Assembly (NCBI GenBank): GCA_965221775.1
Contig: CBDCSU010000005.1
Location: forward strand, 960,001 to 1,024,000
DNA from: Candidatus Latescibacterota bacterium
GTDB lineage: Bacteria > Latescibacterota > UBA2968 > UBA8231
DNA: 64,000 nt
Direction of reading: 5' to 3'
This document shows positions 54,499 to 63,219 of this stretch, piece by piece. How positions within the stretch are numbered: the stretch's first letter is position 1; each line of letters starts with the position of its first letter. The position numbers and the translations under genes are program-made. The notes under the pieces were generated by a model that saw only the letters and a list, made by a program, of their open reading frames with translations, was not told the DNA's origin and did no database searches.

Positions 54499-55340
54499 GC
54501 CAGACCCCCCTGCGCATTCTCGTCGTCGTCGCCCATCCCCACGACTTCACCCACTGCGCCGCCACCTGCGGCATCCACGCCGCCCGCGGCGACTCGGTCA
54601 CCGTGGTCACCGTCACCAGCGGCGCCCGCACCCACAACGAGCGCCTCCACGACGAGCTGCTCAAGCCCGAGTCCGAGCGCGACCCCGCGGTCCTGGCCCA
54701 GGGCCCTGAGGAGTACGCCCGCATCAAGGCCGACGAGGTGCGCAGCGTCTGCGGCCTCTTCGGGGTCACCGACGTGCGCATCCTGCAGTGGCCCCAGCCC
54801 TTCCGCCTGGAGAGCAGCCCCGGCGCCGTCGACGAGCTCAGACGGATCTTCCACGACGTGCGCCCCCACGTGCTGATCACCCAGAAGCCCTACTACGACG
54901 CCCGCCACGGCATGGCCAACATGACCCGCGACGACCACGGCGAGACGGCGATCGCCGTGCTCGAGGCCAAGGGACTGGCGGCGATGCCCGACCACGAGAC
55001 CCGCGAGCGGCCCCACACGGTGGCGGCGACCTTCTACCTCGGCATCTACTTCACGCGCGAGGAGATCGACTTCTACGTGGACATCTCCGAGTGGCGCGAC
55101 AAGCGGGTGCAGGCGGAGACCCTCTTCGCCAGCCAGGGCCAGTTCGAGGAGTTCGCCCGCAAGCGGGTGGAGATCGGCGCCGGCACCGCCGGCTGGTACG
55201 CCCAGGTCGCCTACGCCGAGGGCTTCGTCCGCGCCGAGGCCGAGACCCTGGGCGAGCTGCGCGTGCCCGAGCTGGCCCTGCTGCGGGCCGAGGAGCCGCG
55301 CCAGGAGAGTCTCCGGCGCAAGTCCGGGCTGCCGGCATGA
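54495..55340 (+). CDS. PIG-L/LmbE family deacetylase
   Basis: VVVAHPHD, VTSG, RPHVLIT, DDH, DIS, SQ, YAEGF. Confidence 0.8.
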   Translation: MSQTPLRILVVVAHPHDFTHCAATCGIHAARGDSVTVVTVTSGARTHNERLHDELLKPESERDPAVLAQGPEEYARIKADEVRSVCGLFGVTDVRILQWPQPFRLESSPGAVDELRRIFHDVRPHVLITQKPYYDARHGMANMTRDDHGETAIAVLEAKGLAAMPDHETRERPHTVAATFYLGIYFTREEIDFYVDISEWRDKRVQAETLFASQGQFEEFARKRVEIGAGTAGWYAQVAYAEGFVRAEAETLGELRVPELALLRAEEPRQESLRRKSGLPA

Positions 55341-55422
55341 GGCGGGCTCCGGACCCGGAACTTCCATAGCCTCCCGGGCGACTGACAACGTACGCGGGCA
55401 ACTCATTCAGACTGGACGGAGC

Positions 55423-56784
55423 ATGAGCGACCACAAGAAGCCCCATCCCGAGCTGGCGCGGTTCATGGAGGGCCTGGAGGTGCGCAACCCCGGCGAGGAG
55501 GAGTTCCACCAGGCCGTGGGCGAGGTGGCCGAGACGCTGCTGCCCTACATCGACCGAAATCCCGCCTACCGGGAGTACCGCATCCTCGAGCGCATGACCG
55601 AGCCGGACCGGATCGTCTCCTTCCGCGTCTCCTGGCGGGACGACGCCGGCGAGATCCGCGTCAACCGCGGCTACCGCGTGCAGATGAACAACGCCATCGG
55701 CCCCTACAAGGGAGGCCTGCGGTTCTCGCACACGGTGACGCCGAGCGTGCTCAAGTTCCTGGCCTTCGAGCAGACCTTCAAGAACAGCCTCACGGGCCTG
55801 CCCATGGGCGCCGGCAAGGGGGGCGCCAACTTCAACCCGAGGGGCAAGTCGGACGACGAGGTGATGCGGTTCTGCCAGGCCTTCATGACCGAGCTCTACC
55901 GCCACGTCGGGCCCAACGTCGACGTGCCCGCCGGCGACATCGGCGTCGGCGCGCGCGAGATCGGCTTCATGTTCGGCCAGTACAAGCGCATCACCGGCAC
56001 CTTCGAGGGCGTGCTCACCGGCAAGGGGCTCGAGTTCGGGGGCAGCCTGATCCGCACCGAGGCCACCGGGTACGGCGCGGTGCTGTTCCTCAAGCACATG
56101 CTCGCCGAGCGCGGCGAGGGGATCGAGGGACTGCGCGCCAACATCTCCGGCTCGGGCAACGTCTCCCTCCACGCCGCCGAGAAGGTGCTCCAGCTCGGCG
56201 GCCAGGTGCAGACCCTGTCCGACTCCGGGGGCTTCGTCCACGACCCCGACGGCATCGACGAGGAGAAGCTCGCCTTCCTCAAGGACCTCAAGGAGGTCCG
56301 CCGCGGGCGCATCTCCGAGTACGCCGACGAGTATCCCAACGCCGCCTTCCACGCCGGGGCCCGCCCCTGGGGCGTGCCCTGCGACGTGGCCCTGCCGTGC
56401 GCCACGCAGAACGAGCTGTCGGGTGACGACGCCGCGGCGCTGATCGGCCACGGCGTGCGCGCCGTCTGCGAGGGCGCCAACATGCCGAGCGAGGCGGACG
56501 CGGTGGAGCGGTTCCGGGAGGCCGGCGTGCTCTTTGGCCCGGCGAAGGCGGCCAACGCCGGTGGCGTCGCCGTCTCCGGCCTGGAGATGAGCCAGAACTC
56601 GGCCCGCCTGTCGTGGACCCTCCACGACATGGAGAGCCAGCTGGAGCAGATCATGGCCGACATCCACGGCCGCTGCGCCGAGCACGGCCGCGGCGAGGAC
56701 GGAACCATCGACTACCTGGCGGGCGCCAACATCGCCGGCTTCCGCAAGGTCGCCGACGCCATGCTCGCCTTCGGCGTCGTCTGA
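55423..56784 (+). CDS. gdhA: NADP-specific glutamate dehydrogenase
   Basis: EFHQAV, GPYKGGLRF, FEQTFKNSLT.LPMGAGKGG, DVPAGDIGVG, RTEATGYG, PCATQNE, EGANMP, KAANAGGV. Confidence 0.95.
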   Translation: MSDHKKPHPELARFMEGLEVRNPGEEEFHQAVGEVAETLLPYIDRNPAYREYRILERMTEPDRIVSFRVSWRDDAGEIRVNRGYRVQMNNAIGPYKGGLRFSHTVTPSVLKFLAFEQTFKNSLTGLPMGAGKGGANFNPRGKSDDEVMRFCQAFMTELYRHVGPNVDVPAGDIGVGAREIGFMFGQYKRITGTFEGVLTGKGLEFGGSLIRTEATGYGAVLFLKHMLAERGEGIEGLRANISGSGNVSLHAAEKVLQLGGQVQTLSDSGGFVHDPDGIDEEKLAFLKDLKEVRRGRISEYADEYPNAAFHAGARPWGVPCDVALPCATQNELSGDDAAALIGHGVRAVCEGANMPSEADAVERFREAGVLFGPAKAANAGGVAVSGLEMSQNSARLSWTLHDMESQLEQIMADIHGRCAEHGRGEDGTIDYLAGANIAGFRKVADAMLAFGVV

Positions 56785-56792
56785 GGAGGATC

Positions 56793-57902
56793 ATGGGTGA
56801 CCACACTTTGAGGGCCGCCGTCATCGGCGGCGGTCTCGGCGGCTACCACGGCTACGCCTATTCCCGCTCGCCGCGGTACGAGCTGGCGGCCGTCTGCGAC
56901 ATCGATCCCGCCGTCATTCCGCGCTTCTACGAGCGCGCCGAGGTCCCTCCAGGCGGCATCGGCGAGTACACCGACTACCGCCTCATGCTGGAGCGGGAAG
57001 ATCTCGACGTGGTCAGCGTCGCCACGCCCGATCACCTGCACGCCGACGCGGTCTGCCATGCCTCGGAGGCCGGCGTCCGGGGCATCCTCTGCGAGAAACC
57101 GCTGGCCACCACCCTGGAGGACGCCGACCGCATGGTCGCCGCCGTGGAGGCCAACGGCACCTGCCTCTCCGTCGACCACACCCGCAGCTGGATCCCGCGC
57201 TACCAGGAGATGCGGCAGGCGGTGCGCGACGGCGCCCTCGGCCACCTGACCCGCATCCTCGCCCACATGGGGGGCCGGCGGTCGATGCTGTTCCGCAACG
57301 GCACCCACCTCGTGGACGCGGTCTGCTACTTCGCCGAGGCGGAGCCCGTCTGGGTGATCGCCGCCCACGAACGCGGCTTCGAGGAGTACGGGCTGGTGTA
57401 CGACGGCAAGGGCGGCCGGGACCCGCAGTACGACCCGGGGTCCACGATCATCGTCGAGTTCGCCAACGGTGCCCGCGGCCTGATCAACAGCGCCAAGCTG
57501 ACGCCCCAGCTCTTCGAGTTCGACCTTCAGGGGCCGGAGGGCCGCATCGTCGTCAGCGACCAGCTCTGCCAGGTCTGGACCACCTCCGAGTCCCAGGGAG
57601 CCCTGGTCCCGGTCTCTTCCGAGACCGGCTCCGCCTACCCGGACCCCTTCGGGACCGCCCTGATCCCCGCGGTGGACGAGCTGGCGCAGATGATCGACGG
57701 GAAGGCCGAGAGCAGCTCGCCGGCCCGGAGAGCCCGCCACACCCTGGAGATCATGCTCGCCGCCCTGCACTCGCAGGCCCGGGGCAACGCCAGGATCGAC
57801 CTGCCCCTTCCGAGGGACCTGGACGATCTGCTGGAACAGGTGACGCCGGACAACCTTCATCCCGAGGTCGACAGCGGCCCGGCCCAGGGCAACGAGGTCT
57901 AG
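56793..57902 (+). CDS. Gfo/Idh/MocA family oxidoreductase with a C-terminal MazE-like tail
   Basis: AAVIGGG, VATPDHLH, CEKPLA, NGTHLVD. Last 28 aa are DLDDLLEQVTPDNLHPEVDSGPAQGNEV. Confidence 0.88.
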   Translation: MGDHTLRAAVIGGGLGGYHGYAYSRSPRYELAAVCDIDPAVIPRFYERAEVPPGGIGEYTDYRLMLEREDLDVVSVATPDHLHADAVCHASEAGVRGILCEKPLATTLEDADRMVAAVEANGTCLSVDHTRSWIPRYQEMRQAVRDGALGHLTRILAHMGGRRSMLFRNGTHLVDAVCYFAEAEPVWVIAAHERGFEEYGLVYDGKGGRDPQYDPGSTIIVEFANGARGLINSAKLTPQLFEFDLQGPEGRIVVSDQLCQVWTTSESQGALVPVSSETGSAYPDPFGTALIPAVDELAQMIDGKAESSSPARRARHTLEIMLAALHSQARGNARIDLPLPRDLDDLLEQVTPDNLHPEVDSGPAQGNEV

Positions 57903-59222
57903 ATGAGCGCCACGCCCGCAGCCCTCGGCGGCACCCCCGCCGTGACCATCGACCAAGGTCCGTACGTGCAGTGGCCGATCTACACCGAGGAGGAGGTCGA
58001 GGCGGTGGCGGATCTCATCCGCCGCCACGCCCTCTCCAGCTCCCAGGGGGAAACGGGCCCGATCACCGAGCTGGAGGAGCGGGTCGCCGAGACCTGGGGC
58101 GTGCGCCATGCCCTGGCCCACTCCAGCGGCACGGCGGCCCTGCGCTCGGCCCTCTTCGGCGTCGGCGTGGTCCCCGGCGACGAGGTCATCTGCCAGTCGG
58201 CGGTCCATCCCTTCGGCTGCCTGCCGATCATCGGCTGCGGCGCCGTGCCGGTCTTCGCCGACATCGACCCGCTGACCATGACTCTCGACCCCGCGGACCT
58301 GGAGTCCAGGATCACCGAGCGGACCCGGGCGATCATGGTCGTCCACTGGAACGGGATCCCCGCCGACATGGACGCCATCATGGAAGTCGCCGGGCGCCGC
58401 GGCCTGAAGGTGGTGGAGGACTGCGCCGTCTCCCAGGGGACGACCCACCGCGGCCGCATGGGCGGGTCGATCGGGCACGCCTCGGCCCTCAGCTTCCAGC
58501 ACGGCAAGCTGACGTCGGCGGGCGAGGGCGGGGTCTTCCTGACCGACTCCGACGAGATCTACCAGCGCGCCGCCGCCCTCGGGCACTACGAGCGGCTGCG
58601 GGACCTGCCGGACCCCAGGTGGCGGGCGGTGAGCGGCTTCAGCTTCGGCGAGAAGTACCGCATGGCGACGCTCACCGCGGCGATCGGGGTGGTGCAGATG
58701 AAGCACTGGCGCGGGCGCATCGACCTGCGTCACGAGAACGCCGTCAGGCTGGGACGCGCCGTCGCCCGGATCGACGGTTTCGCCGCCCCGGACTTCCCGG
58801 ACTACTTCCCTTCGCCCTTCCACAGCGGGCGCGTCACCTTCCGGCCGCAGAAACTCGGGGGCATCACCCGCGAACGGCTGATCGAGGTCCTGAACGCCGA
58901 GGGCGCGCAGGTGACGTCGCCGGCCCGCAGGGACACCCGCATCCCCCACACCGACCTGCAGCGGATGCTCCACAAGCACCCGGTCTTCGCCGGCGACGAG
59001 CACGGGACGGAGCAGATCCTGTGGGAGGTCCTCGGCCCGGCGGTGAGACCGATCGACTACAAGAGTCTCACCCTCCCCGTCACCGAGGACCCGGAGGTCC
59101 CCTGCGACACGATCCAGCTGCCCGCCTTCACCCGCCCGGCGGAGGAGCTGATCGACCAGTACGCGCAGGCCTTCGCCAAGGTCGCCGCCCACGCCGGCCG
59201 GTTGGCGCAAGCCGGCGGGTGA
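57903..59222 (+). CDS. DegT/DnrJ/EryC1/StrS family aminotransferase
   Basis: SSGTAAL, PGDEVI, PVFADID, VEDCA, SFQHGKLTSAGEGG (PLP Lys). Confidence 0.9.
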   Translation: MSATPAALGGTPAVTIDQGPYVQWPIYTEEEVEAVADLIRRHALSSSQGETGPITELEERVAETWGVRHALAHSSGTAALRSALFGVGVVPGDEVICQSAVHPFGCLPIIGCGAVPVFADIDPLTMTLDPADLESRITERTRAIMVVHWNGIPADMDAIMEVAGRRGLKVVEDCAVSQGTTHRGRMGGSIGHASALSFQHGKLTSAGEGGVFLTDSDEIYQRAAALGHYERLRDLPDPRWRAVSGFSFGEKYRMATLTAAIGVVQMKHWRGRIDLRHENAVRLGRAVARIDGFAAPDFPDYFPSPFHSGRVTFRPQKLGGITRERLIEVLNAEGAQVTSPARRDTRIPHTDLQRMLHKHPVFAGDEHGTEQILWEVLGPAVRPIDYKSLTLPVTEDPEVPCDTIQLPAFTRPAEELIDQYAQAFAKVAAHAGRLAQAGG

Positions 59223-60085
59223 TCGACTTCCACACCCACCTGGGCCACGGCGGCCGCACCCTCGACGGCGTGCGCCGCCACATCGACGCCCACGGCGGCG
59301 GCCTCTCCGTGCTCCTGCCCATCGAGGCGGGACCGACCTCGGCTCTGGGGGACGACGAGTCCTGGTCCACCCGCGGCGCCCTCGAGGCGCACGAGTCCTG
59401 CCCGCAGGAGACGATCCCCTTCGGCAATGTCGACCCCATGAGCCCGGACGCCCTCGAGCGGCTCCGGGCCCTGCACGAGGCCGGCGTCGTGAAGGGCTTC
59501 GGCGAGCAGAAGAACCGTCTGCCCGTCGACCACCCCCGGTGCCTGGAGATCTACCGCCTGTGCGGCGAGGTCGGCTGGCCGGTGCTGATCCACATGGACT
59601 ACACCGGCGTCTTCGGCTCCAACTTCCCGGCCCTGGAGACGGTGGTCCGCTCCCTGCCGGAGACGACCTTCATCGGCCACGCCATGGCCTGGTGGACGAA
59701 CATCAGCGCCGATGCCGTCACCGACCCGCGGGACCCGGACTTCGCCGACTATCCCGCGGGCCCGGTGAAGCCGGTGGGGCTCACCGACCGGATGCTGAGC
59801 GAGTGCCCCAACCTCTACTGCGACCTCTCGGCGCGCTCGGGCTACTGCGGCCTCCACAGGGACACCGACTTCGCGCGCGGCTTCCTCCGGCGCCACCGCT
59901 CGCGGCTGATCTGGGGCACCGACTGCCCCTGCATCGACGGGCGCGGCAACCTCCAGGACGGCAGCTACCGCCCCTGCCTGGCGGCGCTCATGCTGCCGCT
60001 CCTGCGCGACCTCTGCGAGTCGGAGGACCACTTCGACGACATCACCCACGACAACGGAGCGAGGCTCCTCGGCCTCGTGACGTAG
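59219..60085 (+). CDS. Amidohydrolase family protein
   Basis: IDFHTH, GFGEQK, VLIH, FIGHA, DLSA, WGTD; GTGA overlap with the upstream gene. Confidence 0.85.
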   Translation: MIDFHTHLGHGGRTLDGVRRHIDAHGGGLSVLLPIEAGPTSALGDDESWSTRGALEAHESCPQETIPFGNVDPMSPDALERLRALHEAGVVKGFGEQKNRLPVDHPRCLEIYRLCGEVGWPVLIHMDYTGVFGSNFPALETVVRSLPETTFIGHAMAWWTNISADAVTDPRDPDFADYPAGPVKPVGLTDRMLSECPNLYCDLSARSGYCGLHRDTDFARGFLRRHRSRLIWGTDCPCIDGRGNLQDGSYRPCLAALMLPLLRDLCESEDHFDDITHDNGARLLGLVT

Positions 60086-60099
60086 CAAGGAGATTCGCC

Positions 60100-60507
60100 A
60101 TGCCGAGATTCAGGGTTCCCCAGCCGGAAGGGGTCCACGCACCGCCCGGCAAGTACTCCCACGCCGCCAGGGTCGAGGGCCCCCTGATCGTGGTGGCGGG
60201 ACAAGTCGCCACCGACATCGACGGAGAGCTGGTCGGCGCCGACGACGCCGCCGCCCAGACGCGGCAGATCTTCCGCAACATGGAAGCCGTCCTCGCCGGC
60301 GCGGGTTCGTCCTTCGCCGACGTGGTGGAGTTCACCTACTACATCGTGGGCCGCGAGAACCTTCAGGGCTTCATGGACGCTCGGACCGCCGTGTTCGACG
60401 AGGTCTACCCGGAGGGCGACTACCCGCCGGCGACCCTGCTGGTGGTGGGCGGACTGGCGAACGAGGACTTCCTGGTGGAGGTCTCGGCCCTCGCAGCGCC
60501 GTCCTGA
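60100..60507 (+). CDS. RidA/YjgF family protein
   Basis: YSHA, AGQ, QTRQIFRN, PPATL, LVEVSA; RBS AAGGAG. Confidence 0.88.
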   Translation: MPRFRVPQPEGVHAPPGKYSHAARVEGPLIVVAGQVATDIDGELVGADDAAAQTRQIFRNMEAVLAGAGSSFADVVEFTYYIVGRENLQGFMDARTAVFDEVYPEGDYPPATLLVVGGLANEDFLVEVSALAAPS

Positions 60508-60521
60508 GCCGCGGGGACACC

Positions 60522-61079
60522 GTGCCGACGCTGCCGCGGGACGTGATCCTGGTGCGCCACTGCCGGGCCGCGGGCCAGGAGCCGGAGGCCGCCCTGACCG
60601 ACGAAGGCCTCGCCCAGGCTGAAGAGCTGTCCCGGTTCCTGTCGGACCGGGAGATCGACTTCCTCGCCGCCAGCGGTTTCCGCCGGGCCCGGCAGAGCCT
60701 CGAGCCGTACGCGGCCAAGGCGGCCCTGCCCATCCACATCGACCGCCGCTTCAACGAGCGGACCCTGTCGGCCGAGCCCCTCGAGAACTGGCAGGCCGTC
60801 GTGCGCGACTCCTTCGACGACCCGGACCTGCGCGCCCCCGGGGGCGAGTCGGCGCGGGAAGTGCTGCATCGCGCCTGGGCGGGGCTGGACGAGGTGCTTG
60901 GAGGAGGACACGCTCTGCCCCTGGTCGTCACCCACGGCAACCTGATGGCCCTGGTCCTGCACTCCCTGGATCCCGCCTTCGGCTACGAGGGGTGGAAGTC
61001 GCTGACCAACCCCGACGTGTACCTGCTGAGGGAAGAGTGGCCGGGGGCGTGGTCCTTCGAAAGGCTGTGGCCGGCATAG
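60522..61079 (+). CDS. Histidine phosphatase (phosphoglycerate mutase) family
   Basis: LVRHC, LTDEG..QA, RARQS, FNER, GGES, VTHG. Confidence 0.85.
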   Translation: MPTLPRDVILVRHCRAAGQEPEAALTDEGLAQAEELSRFLSDREIDFLAASGFRRARQSLEPYAAKAALPIHIDRRFNERTLSAEPLENWQAVVRDSFDDPDLRAPGGESAREVLHRAWAGLDEVLGGGHALPLVVTHGNLMALVLHSLDPAFGYEGWKSLTNPDVYLLREEWPGAWSFERLWPA

Positions 61080-61094
61080 CTTCATGGGAACGGA

Positions 61095-61240
61095 TGCGCC
61101 GGGTTCATGGGCAGCCCCAACCTGCGGACCCCGCATCCTGAACCGGCTGGCCGAGGGCGGGATCTGCTTCGAGAACCGCCTCCTGCGCCTCCCCGTCGGC
61201 TCGCCCGAGCGAGCTGGCTCACGGCCTCTATCTCCACCCC
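61095..61240 (+). pseudogene. Degraded sulfatase N-terminal fragment
   Basis: Read across several frameshifts: GFMGSPNLRTPH/LNRLAEGGICFEN/ASCAS/PVGSPERA/LT/GLYLH, matching sulfatase TP.LDRLA..G..F.NAYC.SP.C.PSRA..LTG.Y.H. Confidence 0.65.
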
Positions 61241-61329
61241 GGAAAGAGAGGCGTGGTGCCTGGACGGATGAGGTTGGGCGGCGGCGGCGCTGTGCCGGAC
61301 CCGGCAGCGGTCAGGGCAGCCGTCGGGTC

Positions 61330-61797
61330 CTAGTACACGACTCGGTCCGCCTTCTCCCGCCACTCCCGGAAGACGGCCAACGCCTCCTCCCGCAGCAGCT
61401 GCCGGGAGGGGATCCGCCGCTCGGCCGGCGGCCGCTTCAGTTCCTGGTGCATGACCTCGTCGTCGAAGCCGATCTCCGCGGCGTCTTCCGAGGTGCACGC
61501 AAACCAGATCCTCTCGATCCTGGCCCAGTAGATGGCGCCCAGGCACATGGGGCAGGGCTCGCAGCTGGCGTAGATCTCGCATCCTTCGAGATGGACGGAG
61601 TCGAGCCGGGAGGCCGCCCTGCGGATGGCCACGACCTCGGCGTGGGCCGTGGGGTCCTTGCCGGCGAGGACCTCGTTGTACCCCTCGGAGATGATCTCTC
61701 CGTCCTTGACGACGACCGCCCCGAAAGGCCCGCCTTCCCCCGCCCGCATGTGGGTGCGCCCGAGCTCGATGGCCCTGACCATGAATTCCTGGTTCAT
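61330..61797 (-). CDS. Nucleoside/guanine deaminase (CDA-fold, GuaD-like)
   Basis: GGPFGAVVV, DPTAHAEV, CEPCPMCLGAIYWA, GFDD. Confidence 0.88.
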   Translation of the reverse strand: MNQEFMVRAIELGRTHMRAGEGGPFGAVVVKDGEIISEGYNEVLAGKDPTAHAEVVAIRRAASRLDSVHLEGCEIYASCEPCPMCLGAIYWARIERIWFACTSEDAAEIGFDDEVMHQELKRPPAERRIPSRQLLREEALAVFREWREKADRVVY

Positions 61798-61801
61798 CCA
61801 G

Positions 61802-62788
61802 CTACCCTCCTGCCCGCCGCTCGAGGATCTCCACCGCGGCCATGGCCCCGCCGTGCTCCGCCCACCCGAGAGGCGTGCCTCCGTGGGCGGCATCGACGAC
61901 CGTGGGATCGGCCCCCCGGTCGAGGAGCAGGTTCAGACAGTCGACGGCGTCGTGCTGCGCCGCCAGGTGCATGGCCACCGCCTGCACGCCGTGGCCCTCG
62001 CCTCCCCAGTCGTGGCGCAGGTCCGGGTCGGCGCCGTGGTCCAGCAGCCAGGCGGCGGCCTCCACCTTGTCGCTGTAGCAGGCCCAGAGCAGGGGCGTGC
62101 CGCGGAAGGGGTTGGCGTTGACATCGGCCCCGAGGTCGACGAGGACCTGCATCGATCCGCACTCGTTGTTGCGGGCGGCCCAGCAGAGGGCCTCGTCGAG
62201 GACCTCCTGGCGCTCGAAGGTCCGTTCCAAGGCCGGGAAGAAGACGGGCGCGTAGAAGTCCAGCCCCCCGAGGGCCGCTGGCGTGAGGTCGCCGCCGTGG
62301 CCGACGAAGCGGTCGAGGCCGCGGCCCAGGGCGGCGGCGGTCCGCAGGTTGTCGGGATAGACGGGTGCCAGGGCCTCGGCCATGTAGGCCTTGGCGTAGA
62401 AGAGTGCATACGAAAGGGGCGAGCCGCCTTCCCTGCCGTGGGCGTTCGCGTGGACCGAGGCCCCCGCCACGACCAGGCGACGCGCGAGGTCGATGTGACC
62501 GGCCATGCCGGCGGTGTGCAGCGGCGTCCAGCCATCGTCATCGGCGGCCGAGGGGTCGGCGCCGGCGGCGAGGATGCGGTCCACGGCGGCGTGCTGCGCC
62601 GGCGTGCCGGGCACGAGGGGAATGGCGATGTCGCCGGTGGCGGCCCGGCAGGCGAGGTCCAGCAGCGCGCGGCCGTGCCCGTCCCGCGCCGCGATCACCT
62701 CGGGGTGCTCGGACAGGATCCGCTCCAGGCCATCAAGATCGCCTGCGCGGGCGGCGGCGGACGCCCGGGTCAGGAGGGACTCGGCCAC
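61802..62788 (-). CDS. Ankyrin repeat protein
   Basis: GWTPLHTA, GSPLSYA, GTPLLWA, AMHLAA, GTPLGWA, GADP repeats. Start uncertain (GTG 62788). Confidence 0.85.
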   Translation of the reverse strand: MAESLLTRASAAARAGDLDGLERILSEHPEVIAARDGHGRALLDLACRAATGDIAIPLVPGTPAQHAAVDRILAAGADPSAADDDGWTPLHTAGMAGHIDLARRLVVAGASVHANAHGREGGSPLSYALFYAKAYMAEALAPVYPDNLRTAAALGRGLDRFVGHGGDLTPAALGGLDFYAPVFFPALERTFERQEVLDEALCWAARNNECGSMQVLVDLGADVNANPFRGTPLLWACYSDKVEAAAWLLDHGADPDLRHDWGGEGHGVQAVAMHLAAQHDAVDCLNLLLDRGADPTVVDAAHGGTPLGWAEHGGAMAAVEILERRAGG

Positions 62789-62927
62789 GCCGGGTCCCGT
62801 TGATTCATGGTAAGTGGCCCACGGTCCTGCATCGCAGTCAGCGGCAGCCGTCCCAGACCAGGACCCACCATCATGCGGGAGTCCCGCTCTCTTGGTGCAT
62901 GTGTCGTGTCTCGCCCGATACCGGCTC

Positions 62928-63219
62928 GCGCCCAATAGAATGAAGGAACAGGGCCGCCGGGTTCCCGGGAAGGTTCCGTTCCGTGAGCAGCCGCGCGTCG
63001 GCGAGGTTGAGCGCCGCCCGGGGCAGGACCGACTCCGCCACGCCGGATCTCCCGTTCTCCTGTCGCCTCCCGGTCTTCCCCGGTTCAGGTCAACGGTTCA
63101 TCGGGTGGCGCCAATTCCGCATGGCGCCCGATAGAATGAAGGAACAGGGCGGCGGGGTTCCCGGGAAGGTTCCGTTCCGTGAGGAGCCGCGCGTCGGCGA
63201 GGTTGAGCGCCGCCCGGGG
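62928..63219 (+). repeat. 96-bp direct repeat (62928-63023 and 63124-63219)
   Basis: atagaatgaaggaacagggc...gttcccgggaaggttccgttccgtgag...gcgccgcccgggg occurs twice at offset 196 with few mismatches; the second copy is inside the reductase CDS. Confidence 0.9.
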
